The translations under genes were made by a program, and so were the position numbers. Below the pieces are notes generated by a model. That model saw only the letters and a program-made list of their open reading frames with translations, searched no databases and was not told the DNA's origin. A stretch of DNA of 64,000 bases from Marsupella aquatica. Its lineage: Eukaryota; Plantae; Marchantiophyta. Location of the stretch: the NCBI GenBank assembly GCA_973895155.1, contig OZ316895.1, forward strand, positions 14,612,548 to 14,676,547. Reading direction: 5' to 3'. Below are positions 1 through 12,089 of this stretch, piece by piece (within the stretch, counting starts at the first letter, position 1; every line of letters starts with the position of its first letter).

Positions 1-511
1 ACAGCCATCTTAAATACCATTCCGCCATTGGAATGGAAATTTGATTCCCAAACTAGGAAGTACTGCCGCATTTTTCTCAATTTCTATTGTTCTTGCAGTT
101 CATTATGCAAGTTTCTTTAGTGTCAAATCTTTCTCTGACTCTAACTATACACATCATTCTTTGATCTCCAGATTTGGATCATGGCTTCTTCATCATGAAA
201 TACATTCCCAAACTAGCTACAAGTGGACGTCACGTAGTGACTTCCACTTCAAGTGAGACCTGTAGTGATATATCTGTAGGCTGGGGAAGGTTGCAGGGTA
301 ACAGGGCACTGCAAATTGTCAATCTAAGTGCAACACGCCATACAGCTTACGGAGTGTTTAATTTTGTATCTCAGTACCCAACCGACCATTCGTCAGTAAG
401 ATTCACAGGGTGGTCATGAACTCGACAGCAGCCACAGGCTACAGATCAGTCTCGGATCATGATAGCTAGAGATGCATGCATTACCACTTTGGAAACTATT
501 TAACTTACAGC

Positions 512-1018
512 TCAAAAGTATGAGAGATTCTTATGAGTGTCATAGGGTGGAGGTCCTCTAGCTATTTCCAATTCAGCAGCCACGTATATTCTAGCTCTCT
601 GAAATAAAACATATTAATGAATGTGCTGTACATCTCGGTCCAGAGTAAATCTATTACAGATGTTATTCCAGATTTTTGCTCACAATGGACCTGTTCTGCC
701 ATATCTTCTATCCTAGCTAGTGACCTGAAGTACTTCATTGGTCTTGGGCAATTACATGAAGTCAAACTAAAACTCTCGAACTTCAGTAAGCTAGGTTTGA
801 TTTGTTATGAGCTATGGCTAATTGTGTAGAAGTTGCTGGGTGACGGTGCGATCCAACTATTGTTCTGAATCTTGTACAAGTTAACCTTATTCGCGTCTGC
901 AGCTCAAAATAATAACCCTCAGTAAGCTTGCTATCAATTTTCATGCATAGCAAATTTTCTACTTAACATTGTGCTCCTCCCTACTGCCATCAAGTCCGGC
1001 CTCTAGACTAAGTGCCAT
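512..1018 (-). CDS. Putative small multi-exon orphan protein (~60 aa)
   Basis: GT-AG exons 1018-968, 896-886, 724-691 and 598-512 join in frame to MALSLEAGLDGSREEHNTRIRSLARIEDMAEQRARIYVAAELEIARGPPPYDTHKNLSYF*. No recognised family; the first donor (GTTAAG) is weak. Confidence 0.25.
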
Positions 1019-2694
1019 GGTCTTCGATGGACTTCCGCCCGATTGGATGAAAACTTCCCTCTTTTTAGAGATTTTGTGGAACTTTCGTCTCCCGATCCAG
1101 CGAGCAATATATCAACAGGACTGCTAATAGCACCCATTTGACGTTAGCTTTCTGACTGCCAAACTGTGTCCAACCCCTCTGCCAGTATCTTATATCCTCA
1201 AATAAATCAGGATGAGCACAGATTTCATACTGTCACACGAGCTATCACACCTAGTGACTACGTACGTACGGTCGCCTCACAAATGCAAACGGACGGCAAC
1301 AAAAATAGTTGTGAGGTGTCTTACAAAGGGGTTGAGATGGGAAGGAATATTAATAGAAAAAGACTGATTCTAATAGAATTGTTCTCTGGTCCAGCACGTT
1401 AGGAAACAAGTCTAAGTGTTCACAATTACATAGGTTGGGGTTTGAGCATCGACTATATATGATAATATTGAAAAGTGACATTTTTCCTGTTGAAGCCTGC
1501 AGTACTATAAGCTTGGGGGTTCTGGGTGTGCAGAATGTTGAGAATTTATCGAGTTTTATAAAAATCAACCTTTTCTTCTAACCACCGACATCAGAGCAGA
1601 GCTTGACATCGAACAGCATCGTCACTGCGATGAGACTTAATGAGAAACCCGAGCTGGAAGTTCACAAATTGCAAGGTATGTATAGGACATGATAGAAAGG
1701 CTGGCTTTAGAAGCCCACAGCGGCAGTTTTTTCCATGTTCACCTGACAAAAACCGAGACCAAAACGAGAGCCCGTGTGTCTCCCTCGACACACCGAAAAG
1801 CAGAAATGAAATTAATGGTTGTATTCTGTGGAAGAGATATCTACTTGAATTGGAGGACTCTGCGTGGAAGAGACGTCCATCGGTGAGAGAAACACGGGTA
1901 GGGAGGCAAATGCTGGACGACATGCTGAACATATTCCGAATTTGATCGAGCATAAGAATCAGCCTGCAGCAAGTAACCATTGTGAGCGGGAGTACTCTCC
2001 GTTGTTTATTTGGCCTGAGTAGAGTTGTCTTCCTGCAGACTTTTATGATCATCTGATTACTTTTTATCTATAGTTTTAGGTGTAGTTTTAGTTTAGAGTG
2101 TGAGTACAATTCAAGTGTTGTTTCATCGTACTCTGTCTTAGTTTTAGTGTCCCATAAAACAATTGTGAAGACGCGCCCTCAGGTTTTGAGTTGTCGGCAA
2201 TGCGGCCTCGTTCTAGTGGGCTCCTGTTTGTTTAAGCCAGAAGGGTCAATAATTCTCATGTTGAAAGAGTGTTCCGTGGGAAACTAGAGTAAATAGAATC
2301 ATTCTCTCCCTTGGAAGACGAAACTCATGGTTGGTGGCGTGCCCATTATGCGCGATGTGATCCGGGTTGGGGGCCAAATGTTTAGGGACCAAAGTTGGTC
2401 CGGGGTTGGCCGGTTTCCAGAAGCATATATGAGAGGGAGTGGTGTCTTCCTGGGGGCTAGCCGAAATCGTGAGTCGCGGCGGTCGCGACACTAAGGGAAA
2501 CCGTCAAACGGAAATGACGATATCTTCGCAACGGGAAGTCCGTTGGAGGACTTCTTGGGTGCGTTGGAAATCTCTTGAGGAGGGCTACGCCCTCTTGAGC
2601 TCAGATGGGTCCGGGGGTGCCATGGGTTCTTGTGGTTTGCGGGTGTTAGCTCGCCCGCTTGCCAAATCCTGCCGAACAGCAGCCAAGCCACGTT

Positions 2695-3037
2695 TGTTGA
2701 GCATAGACGACATTCGTAACGGCAAGCCCATGAACCATCCAACGCACAATAGTCGACACAGAGAGATACGTGGTTCACCTCCACATGAGGCTACGTCCAC
2801 GGGAACACACAAGAGCTTTACTGCACTCTAGGCCGACCGGCCATACCAAGCATCCACAGCACAAGCTCTCCCTATCTCTCAACTAGCTCTGTAACAATGA
2901 GCCTAAGTTCCACCAGGGTCTGGCATCAGCCCTGGCTATATGCACAATAGCACTACCGCTAACATTAGCAAGTCCTAACCCGAGTTAGACTAACTGTGGT
3001 TAGCTCAAGAGTCACAAGACTAGAGCAATATCTAACA
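2695..3037 (-). repeat. 3' LTR of the copia element (343 bp)
   Basis: TGTTGA...CTAACA; by eye differs from 8291-8632 at 2 substitutions and one 1-bp indel. Confidence 0.97.
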
Positions 3038-3047
3038 AACTCCCCCT
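3038..3047 (-). other. Polypurine tract
   Basis: Minus strand AGGGGGAGTT immediately before the 3' LTR. Confidence 0.85.
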
Positions 3048-3244
3048 TGACTCTTGTCTTGGGGACTGGACTAAATGCAACCATATGGAATCCTCAGTGG
3101 GAAGTTCTAGACAATCACCAAACCAGGTCTCCCCCTAAAAACCACAAGGGTTAACTAAGGGTTAACTAGAACTAAGCCGTAGCCTAACAGGAATGAGTAA
3201 TCCATATACAAATAGTCACACATTGCTAAATAACTCTACTTGCA

Positions 3245-6200
3245 CTACAATTGCAAAACCTGCAAAGTAGCACGGTGTCTTGAGAAACTCTCCAAAGGAA
3301 TCACTTTGGTAAAGGCATCAGCGGGATTGAGCTTTCCATCAATCTTGACTAGCTCAAAAGTTTTATCAGACACTGCTTGCCTGATAAAATGGTACCTGAT
3401 ATCAATGTGCTTCACCCTGCTATCCATCACCTGGTTAGCAGCCAAGTGAAGAGCACTCTGACTATCACAATTTAGAGTCATTTTGCCATGCTCTAAACCC
3501 ATCTCCGCGATCAACTTGTCCAACCAAATCGCTTCCTTTGCTGCTTCTGCTGCTGCAACATACTCTGCTTCTGTAGTAGACTGAGAAATGCACTTCTGCA
3601 AGGTAGATTTCCAACTGATACATCCTCCTCCAAGAGTGTATACAAACCCAATTGTAGACCTCCTTGTATCCAAACAGCCTCCATAGTCAGAATCTACATA
3701 GCCAACTAACGTTCTATCTGATCTGGCATCAAATAGTAATCCATAGTCCTGTGTTCCCTTCACATACCTGAGAATCCATTTCACAGCTTCCCAGTGTACC
3801 TTCCCTGGATTTGACATGAATCTGCTAACCTTGCCCATCGCTAGGGCCAAGTCAGGCCTAGTACAAGTCATCAAATACATCAGACTGCCTACTGCCTTCT
3901 CATAAGGAATCTTAGCTATCAAACCTTTCTCCACAGCATCCGTAGGAGAGAAAGCCGATGATAACTTGAAATGTGAAGCTAAAGGAATGCTCACTGGCTT
4001 ACAATTTTCCATGTTGAATCGTGCAAGTACTTTCCTCGCATACTGGCCTTGACTCAAACACAAATATCCAGTATCAGAGTTCCTAAAAATCTCCATCCCT
4101 AAGATCCTCTTGGCCTTACCAAGATCCTTCATCCTGAATTCAGCACTCAATTTTGCCTTGAGACTGTCAACCTCAGATTGATCTTTAGCCACAATCAACA
4201 TGTCATCCACATAGATCACTAGAATGATGAAACCAAACACATCATTCTTGACTGATTTCGTATACACACAAGGATCATACACCATCCTTGTAAAACCTTG
4301 AGCAAGCATGAAATCATCAAACCGCTTGTTCCACTGTCTAGGAGACTGCTTCAATCCATACAAGGACTTGAGCAATCTGCAAACTAAGTTCTCTTGGCCT
4401 TTCTTCATAAAGCCTAGCGGCTGTCTTATGAAGATCATCTCTTCCAAGTTGCCATAGAGAAAAGCAGTAACAACATCCATCTGATCCATCACCAGATTAA
4501 AAAACACAACAAGCTGACACAAGATCCGAATTGTGGAATACTTAGCCACCGGTGAAAAGACCTCATTGTAGTCCACTCTTTTCTCCTGAGTGAACCCCTT
4601 GGCAACAAGCCTTGCCTTGTAGATCTTATCTCCACCCTCTGAAGGACTGTCTTTCAACTTGTAAATCCACTTGCTGTCCACCACTTGCTGACCTCTTGGA
4701 AATTCCACCAGCTCCCATGTCTTGTTGTCACTCAAAGATTGCAACTCCCTCTGCATTGCTGCATTCCACTCATGCTTCTGCTCTGAAGCACAAGCCTCAC
4801 TGTATGAAGAAGACTCTCCTTCTTCCAAGATCAAAGCCATGTCATCATCATCAGGTGCAATGTCAATATCATCTAGCTTAGATGAGTCTGCCCATTGACC
4901 ATACCTGGTAGGAGCTCTAGTAGAACGACTGGAAGTTCTTCTAGTAGATGACTCAGGCTGATCTGCTGCTGTTGCTGGTTGAATTTGAGGTACCCTAGCA
5001 ACAATCTGCTCCTCTTGTTCCATCACAAGAACCAGCTCCAAGCCCGAAGCTTCTCCATCTCTCCTGTCATGAACAGCATCATAACTAATCTCCCCCTCAA
5101 TCGGGTTCGGGATGGGAGATTTCCCCTTGTCAGTATGGGAGTCCTGAGAACTCTCCCCCTCCTTTGATGATCTGGACTCATTAAAGGACACATCTCTACT
5201 GACAATTAGTTTACAGGTTACTGGATCCCATAACCTATAACCCTTCACACCTTTCTGATAGCCAAGGAATATGCACTTCTTTGACTTGGACTCCAGCTTG
5301 GATCGAAGCTGGGAAGGTGTAAGCACATAAGCATCACATCCAAAAATCCTCAGATGTGAATAATCTGTTGGACGCCCGTACCTCATTTCATATGGCGTCT
5401 TGAATCCAATAGAACTGGATGGAGAAAAATTTACCAAATAAGCTGCAGTGTTGACAGCTTCAGCCCAAAACTCATGTGGTAAGCATGATTGACTCAACAT
5501 ACTCCTCGAGCGGTCCAATAGTGTTCGGTTGAGTCTCTCAGAAACACCGTTCTGCTGAGGAGTATAACTTGTTGTAAGATGGCGGGTTATCCCCTGCTCC
5601 TTACAATACGTTCCAAATTCCCCGGAACTATATTCACCGCCATTATCCGATCGTAGATATCTCACCTTATTACCAGTCTGATTCCCAACTTGGGCTTTCC
5701 ACTCCTTAAAAGTGGCAAAAACATCAGACTTACTGTGTAGAAAATATATCCACACATACCTTGAGTAATCGTCTATGAACGTGACATAGTATAATCAGCC
5801 AGAATGTGAGGGAGTAGCGGCTGGACCCCACACATCACTATGTACATACTCAAGTACCTCCTTGCTGGTGTGAGTTCCAACTCCAAAGGGTTTCCTGTGC
5901 TGCTTCCCTAGCACACAGTGCTCACAAAATTCCAACTTACAAGATTGCAAATTAGAAAGTAATCCTTTCTTCTGAAGAATAACCAAACCTTTTTCACTCA
6001 TGTGGCCCAAACGGAAGTGCCACAGCCAGGCCGTCTCCTCATGAGATAAGGTTACATTGGCTTCATCACAAACTACACAGCCCTCCAAAACGTATAGATT
6101 GTTATGTCTCTTTCCCTTCAATACAACTTTAGTACCAGTTGAAACATGAAGGACACCATTAGCAGAACTCCACTGATGGCCATTTGCTTCTAAAACTCCA

Positions 6201-6463
6201 AGTGAAATGAGATTTTTCATCATGCTGGGAATGTGTCTCACATTCCTCAACGTTCTTACAGCACCATCAAACATCTGAAATCTTACAGATCCAAGTCCAA
6301 CAACTTGACATGGGATTCCATTTCCCATCAACACTGACCCATTGGAAACCGTGTAAGAACTGAAAAAATCTCTCCTAGAGCAAATGTGAAAAGTACATGC
6401 ACTATCTAGAATCCAGTCATCACTCCCTGGATTTGACACTACGTTGAGAGCATAACCTTGACA
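3245..6463 (-). pseudogene. pol: Copia pol (protease, GAG-pre-integrase, integrase, RT, RNase H) with one in-frame stop in integrase
   Basis: Motifs WILDSACTFH (PR), WHFRLGH..CEHC, LRSDNGGEY and TPQQNGVSER (INT), YKARLVAKGF and IYVDDML (RT), GYVDSDYG and KHIDIRYHF (RH). ORFs 5795-6439 and 3245-5755 are in one frame, split by TGA at 5795-5797 (SHSG*LYYVTFIDD). Confidence 0.93.
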
Positions 6464-7519
6464 TCACAATATGTCATCATCATCGAGTAAATCTACCTCA
6501 TGCGAGCTCGATGCCGCGTTAGCAGATGCAGTAGGGACCTTTACTCGACAATCCCTTTTCATGTGGCCAGGCTTGCCACAATTCCAACATGCAAGAGGCT
6601 TCCTCTCTTGCGATTTCCCTTTGGATTTAGATCTCCCCCGTGATGTAGATCTAAACCTTTTCTGTCCATTTGTGCGTTGTGTTGCTCTCCCACGGTTCAC
6701 ATTCAGCGCAGTGCCAGAAGAAGATGTTGTCTGTGAGTGACCCAGCTTCTTCTGAGCATCATCAGACAGCAAGGAGCTCACCACCTCATTATACGAAATG
6801 GATTTCAGATCTCTGTACAAGAGCACCTGTTTCAAGCCCTGATATGACGGCGGTAAGGAGCTTAGCAGAAGCAAGGCCTTATCCTCATCTTCAACTCCTT
6901 TTCCCAGGTTTGACAGATCCACCGCTAGATTGTCAAACTCATCCAGGTGATCCTGCATCTTGCTCCCTTCCTTGAGCCTGAGGCTCATCAAGAGAGACTT
7001 CTTGTACAGCCGGTCTGACGCATCTTCCCGGTAGTACTTCTCTCTTAGAGCCTTGAACAGTGACGCGCAATCCGCATAATCATCCAGCTGCTTGATGATG
7101 TGCGGCTTGAGATAAAGCATCACTGCATTGACAGCAATCACCTGCTCCTGTCTCCACTGTTTCTCTGAGATCTCCTCTTCTCCATCATACTGCTCTCGCG
7201 AAGAGAGCAGATGAGCTAAGCCCATGGCTCGAAGGACACCCTTCACTTGCTTCTCCCATAGCAAGTAATCAGTACGACCATCGTACTTCTCTACCTCAAA
7301 CTTCACTCCTCCAAATCTAGCCATCTCCCTCTTCTTCCCAACTACCAATAGCTTTGGTAGTAGTACAGCTTCCTCCACTGCACGTCGCACCAGTGATCGT
7401 ACCGGTGTCACTTGTTCCTCCTCAAACGGTAGCAGCTCCTCCTCAGACTCTCTGCCTGAACGTCGCGATCCTGAAGCTCCACCGATGTCAATTCTTCCAG
7501 TATCCTCCGAGTCACTCAT
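6464..7519 (-). CDS. gag: Copia Gag with CCHC zinc knuckle
   Basis: KFEVEKYDG start motif, LLLLSSLPPSY and CWNCGKPGHMKRDC; ends in TGA at 6464-6466, in frame with pol. Confidence 0.92.
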   Translation of the reverse strand: MSDSEDTGRIDIGGASGSRRSGRESEEELLPFEEEQVTPVRSLVRRAVEEAVLLPKLLVVGKKREMARFGGVKFEVEKYDGRTDYLLWEKQVKGVLRAMGLAHLLSSREQYDGEEEISEKQWRQEQVIAVNAVMLYLKPHIIKQLDDYADCASLFKALREKYYREDASDRLYKKSLLMSLRLKEGSKMQDHLDEFDNLAVDLSNLGKGVEDEDKALLLLSSLPPSYQGLKQVLLYRDLKSISYNEVVSSLLSDDAQKKLGHSQTTSSSGTALNVNRGRATQRTNGQKRFRSTSRGRSKSKGKSQERKPLACWNCGKPGHMKRDCRVKVPTASANAASSSHEVDLLDDDDIL

Positions 7520-8276
7520 ATGAAACAATCACGAAAAAACGTCTTTTTTCGAAACTTCTCATAAAACTCAACACCGCCGCGTAGCCCACGAAGCTAGGAG
7601 TCCAATACTGAAAGCTTAACAACCGTTGTTTTAAACGAGCAAAGTGAACGCCGCCGACGGTAAAAGTTTCCAAATTGCACTAGCACAGTCTGCAGCTCCA
7701 GCAGAGACTAAACTTTCAGTCGCGTCGCCTTCACTCCGCGTCAAGTGCCAATCCCGGGTTCAAAACGACCGCCTTGCCGCGATCAAACCGTTGAGCCGTA
7801 GCACTTCGCATTTCTTCCACCAAGTCGGACGTCACGAAGAGAAACCCGGTTCAGATGAGAACAAGCTCCATAGCTTGTGAAAAAACCTGAATGCCTCCGT
7901 CACTCATCACATCGCACTCGGTAATACCTCGGCAGCAATCCAACTACCGAAACGACTAGCTCGCTTCAACCTTCAACTTGAGCTATAATGTGCGATTCCT
8001 CATGCACCGCATAGCTCACACCGTTGAAAAACACGAACTCTGGTCTCTCCCCCGAAAACCCGTCGAACACGAATAAACCCTGAACGACGTAAACTTCAAT
8101 TCCTCCGCACCATGGATACCGATCAGCGAGTTCTAACCACCGTTAGAAAGCCCTCTCACTAAAATATCCGCACAGCCACACACATTCGAGTTTCATGCGA
8201 CGAAACTCTGAATGTACCATCGACAATGAGCGTTGGAAAAACCTGACACGAAAAAACCTCGTCACCTCCCAGGCAT

Positions 8277-8288
8277 GCTCTGATACCA
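8277..8288 (-). other. Primer-binding site (tRNA-iMet)
   Basis: Minus strand TGGTATCAGAGC, 2 nt inside the 5' LTR end. Confidence 0.93.
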
Positions 8289-8290
8289 CT

Positions 8291-8632
8291 TGTTGAGCAT
8301 AGACGACATTCGTAACGGCAAGCCCATGAACCATCCAACGCACAATAGTCGACACAGAGAGATACGTGGTTCACCTCCACATGAGGCTACGTCCACGGGA
8401 ACACACAAGAGCTTTACTGCACTCTAGGCCGACCGGCCATACCAAGCATCCACAGCACAAGCTCTCCCTATCTCTCAACTAGCTCCGTAACAATGAGCCT
8501 AAGTTTCACCAGGGTCTGGCATCAGCCCTGGCTATATCACAATAGCACTACCGCTAACATTAGCAAGTCCTAACCCGAGTTAGACTAACTGTGGTTAGCT
8601 CAAGAGTCACAAGACTAGAGCAATATCTAACA
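8291..8632 (-). repeat. 5' LTR of the copia element (342 bp)
   Basis: Near-identical to 2695-3037 and adjacent to the PBS. Confidence 0.97.
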
Positions 8633-9259
8633 GCGTTCAGCCTCCCGAGGAAGCTTGCGTTGGGGAGGCAAGGCCAAGTAGGTATAGAGGCTGAGTCCCA
8701 AGGGCGCTTGGTCCCTAGACCATCAGTGGGGCGAACCGGGAGCAGTTGTTAGAGTCGGGGCCGTTCTGGTCCCGGCGTGTTGAGATAATCTTGGGACAAG
8801 CTTTAGGACAAGCTACGCTATTTGGGCCATGAGCATGTCCTGAGGTCAAGGCGGTCAATTGGTGATGGATAGGTACGAGGGGAACCCGGGCCGCACCCAA
8901 GGAAGGAGTTGTCCTGGACGGACAGTGGACGTGAGTTCTGGTTCCGGCTTATGGCATCGGGAGGACCTATCGCTGACCTATTTACCAACATCTGTCGAGC
9001 TTGAGTTAGGAGGCTAGACTTGGCGAGTTCTAGATCCTGAGGGGTTACTTACCAAGGTGCTTGGTTGCTAGTGCAGACTGTGAGGACCGTTGAGTAGTGG
9101 TCGTGTAGGTGAGCAAGTGCGGCTTCGTATGGGAGGGGTTGCAGGTAGTGATAGAGGCACTGGGATGCTTGCTCGAGGTATTTGGTGGACTCCGAGGCGT
9201 TCGGGCACTAAGGGCACTTAGGCGCAAGTGCTGGGATTGGTGAGGGCGCTGGGTGGCTA

Positions 9260-9962
9260 GGTCCACCACTTCCGGCAATAATGACCATGCATGACGAAGC
9301 TGGACCTGAAAAGGGAGAGCTCCGTTCTCCACTTCCATGACCGAGTCAGAGAGGATAGGCCAAAGGTCCACAATGAAACGTGAGGCCAGGGCAGGGGCCA
9401 CCTGCGCCCAACTACCAAGAAACGCGCAAGGGGCAATGTCCACTGCCAAGGCCACCCCCATACCACTTCCCGATGGGGGTAATGTAGCGTGCCTAGCCGC
9501 AAAAGAACCATCCTCTCCATCAAGGGCTCCCGGACCAATGAGGTGACCAAAAACTCTCATCACAGTGGTGTCAAATGAAGAGAGTAAGGACAGGAACATC
9601 GCGGTAGGAGGGACTGTCCGGAGAAGATAGGAAGGACGCCGAACAAAACATAGGACCAGGATCAAAAAGGAGATCTGGGCATCCCCCAAGGACGCCAACT
9701 GGTCAATATGCAAAACGTCCTAGGACAGGGCCGCTAGAAGAAAATCCTGCTCAAAGACCGCTCCCCCGAAAGGCACCCCAAGGACTCTAATGCCCTCGAG
9801 CCGAATGGGTATACCAAGAGGTGGGGTAAAAGAGTGGGGGAGGGGGAGACGAGACCAAACCCCACACTTCCAAGGCTGAACTGAAAGACCAATGAGGGTA
9901 AGCTGGTCCACAAAGTGGGAATAGGCGTCCCCAACAAGCGAGACCGGGGCAACAATATGAGT
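9260..9962 (-). mobile_element. CRE/SLACS-like non-LTR retrotransposon RT fragment
   Basis: THIVAP...IGLSVQPWKC...GIRVLGVPFG...LGDAQ...YLLRTVPP...FD...ATLPPSGSGMGV...APCAFLGSW matches the late-RT and post-RT motifs of CRE-clade elements. One in-frame TAG at 9720-9722; truncated at the YxDD position. Confidence 0.7.
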
Positions 9963-11549
9963 TTTTCCATTTGATTTTAGAAAAACTCCATGGGCCACAC
10001 CAGGCCCATATAAGGGAGAAAGGAGCACAAATTAAAGAAACTAAAAGAAGCCACCTGAGTTGGGCCTTATGGTCCAGCTCAGGTGGTGCAGCTCAGGTGG
10101 CCAGGGCACATTGGGCGTAAGACTGAGAGCTTTAAGAACAAAAAGTTAAACTTATAAAAAACAAGACCGGTAATGAAGGCTTGACCCAATCAGTCTCTCA
10201 ATTTCCTGGGGAAAAACAAGGAGTCATGATTGAGTCTCAATAAACTGCTGAGTTCCTTTGTTCCCAAAAAAGGAAAAGGAAAGCCATGATTGACAAACGC
10301 CACCAAAGGTGATCATATTATATAATGACCTGAGAGGATAGTAGTAATCTGACTTATTCCAAAGTTCTGTCACCTAGTCCTAAACTATAATACACAGTTG
10401 CGCCAAAAATTGGCGTGATCATCATTCAAATTTGGAGTGTCCTTTTGGGTGAGAATAATTGAAACCTGTAAATATGGAACCAATAAGGGGGAAAAAAAAA
10501 GGAACATGAGGAAACCTGGTACGGGGCTTGGTGTGCACAAAACAAGTACACAAAGATGCACAAGACAGGTACTATTGTACCTTCAGGTACAGCATATGAG
10601 CTCATTACTCTTAGGAGCCCCAGGTACAAGGTACAAAGGGGATAGAGGTCCTGTAAAAGGAGGTACAATTGTACCATCAGAGTACAACTTTTAAGAGAGA
10701 GGGATGAGCGTAGCTTCTTTCCTTTTGGAGTTTGGAGCTCTCTATTCCAAGCCCATGTGAGCTTATAAGGGCTCCAGGCATTTAATGAGTACTTTTAAGC
10801 AACAACAACTACCCAATGGCAAGAAGAGGGAGTGTGAAGAGGAGCAATACCCATTACCCAATAGCTAGAAGAGGGAGAGCGATGAGGGAGAGTGAAGAGG
10901 AACTGAGGGATGATGACTCCTGAGACTACCCTGGCCCTGGCCTCATCCAAACAACGTAGTTTTTAGGTGCAAACTTTTGCCAAATTCCACCTCCCCAAAA
11001 TATGTTCACCACTTTTTCCATCACTTTTGCCAAAAAATTGCTAGATTCTTTGCATACCATTGGCCACTCTCCCACCAAATCATGGACCCCATTTGCCAAA
11101 ATCTAACCGTTGTACGTCAATCTAGGGATATCTGATGAAGAAGATATAATTCAAGAAAAATTGTTGAAGAATACTCCTAGCATTTCCTTCCTTTGAGAGG
11201 CTGACATTTGTCACACTGGCCAAAAACAAAAAAATAATGTTGTAAAAAATGCTAGACCCAACATCCTGGGGTGGAATGAAACCCGAGACCCCAAGGTCCC
11301 ATCCCCAACCTAACTCAATCTTGCCCCGGGTTCCAACTCCCCAACAACCCCTCAGTTGTTGTTATATCTTGCCACTTTGTTTAGCACAGGAAGAGGCATG
11401 GGGTGGGGGCCAAAATATCTGGACCAAAGTTGGTCCGGGGGTGGCAGGTCCTCCAATGTTGGAAAGTGTTGCAAACCGCACCACCACCCCAGGGGGGCAT
11501 GGTATTGGCGAGTAAGGAGCCGAGTAAACTTGGATGAGGTTACCAAAGG

Positions 11550-12075
11550 GGTTCCATGCAAGGGGTAGGCAAATTGTTTTGTTGAAAAGTGGGCTGAGTC
11601 GTGCCGTTGCCCCAAGGGGAATTGGCATTGGGGCGGCCACAGCCAATTAAGTAAGCAGCCACGGTCAACTTTAAGCAAACTAAGCTTAAAGTAACCAAAA
11701 AATTGGGGTTACTGATGAGGTTCCAAGATATATGCAAGGGTAGGGAAAGGGCCGTTCAAAAGTCAGCCAAGCTGCTCCGTTACCCGAGGGGGTCTTGACA
11801 TTGGGGCGGCCAATGCCAATTAAGCTATTGCGGCGACTTTAAGTAAGAACTCTAAGGTAGCCAAAACTTTGGGCCCAATGGGGTTCTAAGATACAAGGGG
11901 TAGTGAAGAGTTGTTGAAAAGTCAGCCAAGCCGTGTCATTATCCCAAGGGGTCTTGGCATCCCGCTCGGCATTGGGGTGGCCAAAGCCAAGTAAGCAGCC
12001 ATGGTAACTTTAAGTAAAAAGCTTAAAGTAACAAAAACTTTGGGGTTATCAATGGGGCTATAGGATGCAAGGGGT
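11550..12075. repeat. Diverged tandem repeat, ~3 x 160-175 bp
   Basis: Recurring blocks gttgaaaagt..., cattgggg(c/t)ggcca, actttaag, ta(a/g)c(c/a)aaaa and caaggg; units start near 11581, 11754 and 11913. Confidence 0.75.
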
Positions 12076-12089
12076 GGCAAAAAAGTGGC

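Larger units (their letters stand above)
2695..8632 (-). mobile_element. Full-length Ty1/copia LTR retrotransposon (Tnt1/Tork-like)
   Basis: Two TG...CA LTRs (2695-3037, 8291-8632), 5-bp TSD ACGTT/GCGTT (2690-2694, 8633-8637; one mismatch), tRNA-iMet PBS, PPT, and gag-PR-INT-RT-RH domain order. Confidence 0.97.

Noticed and set aside
2439-2831. ORFs spanning the LTR edge (and their twins at 8143-8380)
   Set aside because: They cross the insertion junction, so they are chimeric LTR/flank frames with no recognisable domain.
8633-9260. Possible LINE zinc-finger remnant (CP*CPNASESTKYL on the minus strand)
   Set aside because: A single weak motif with stops; not enough to classify.
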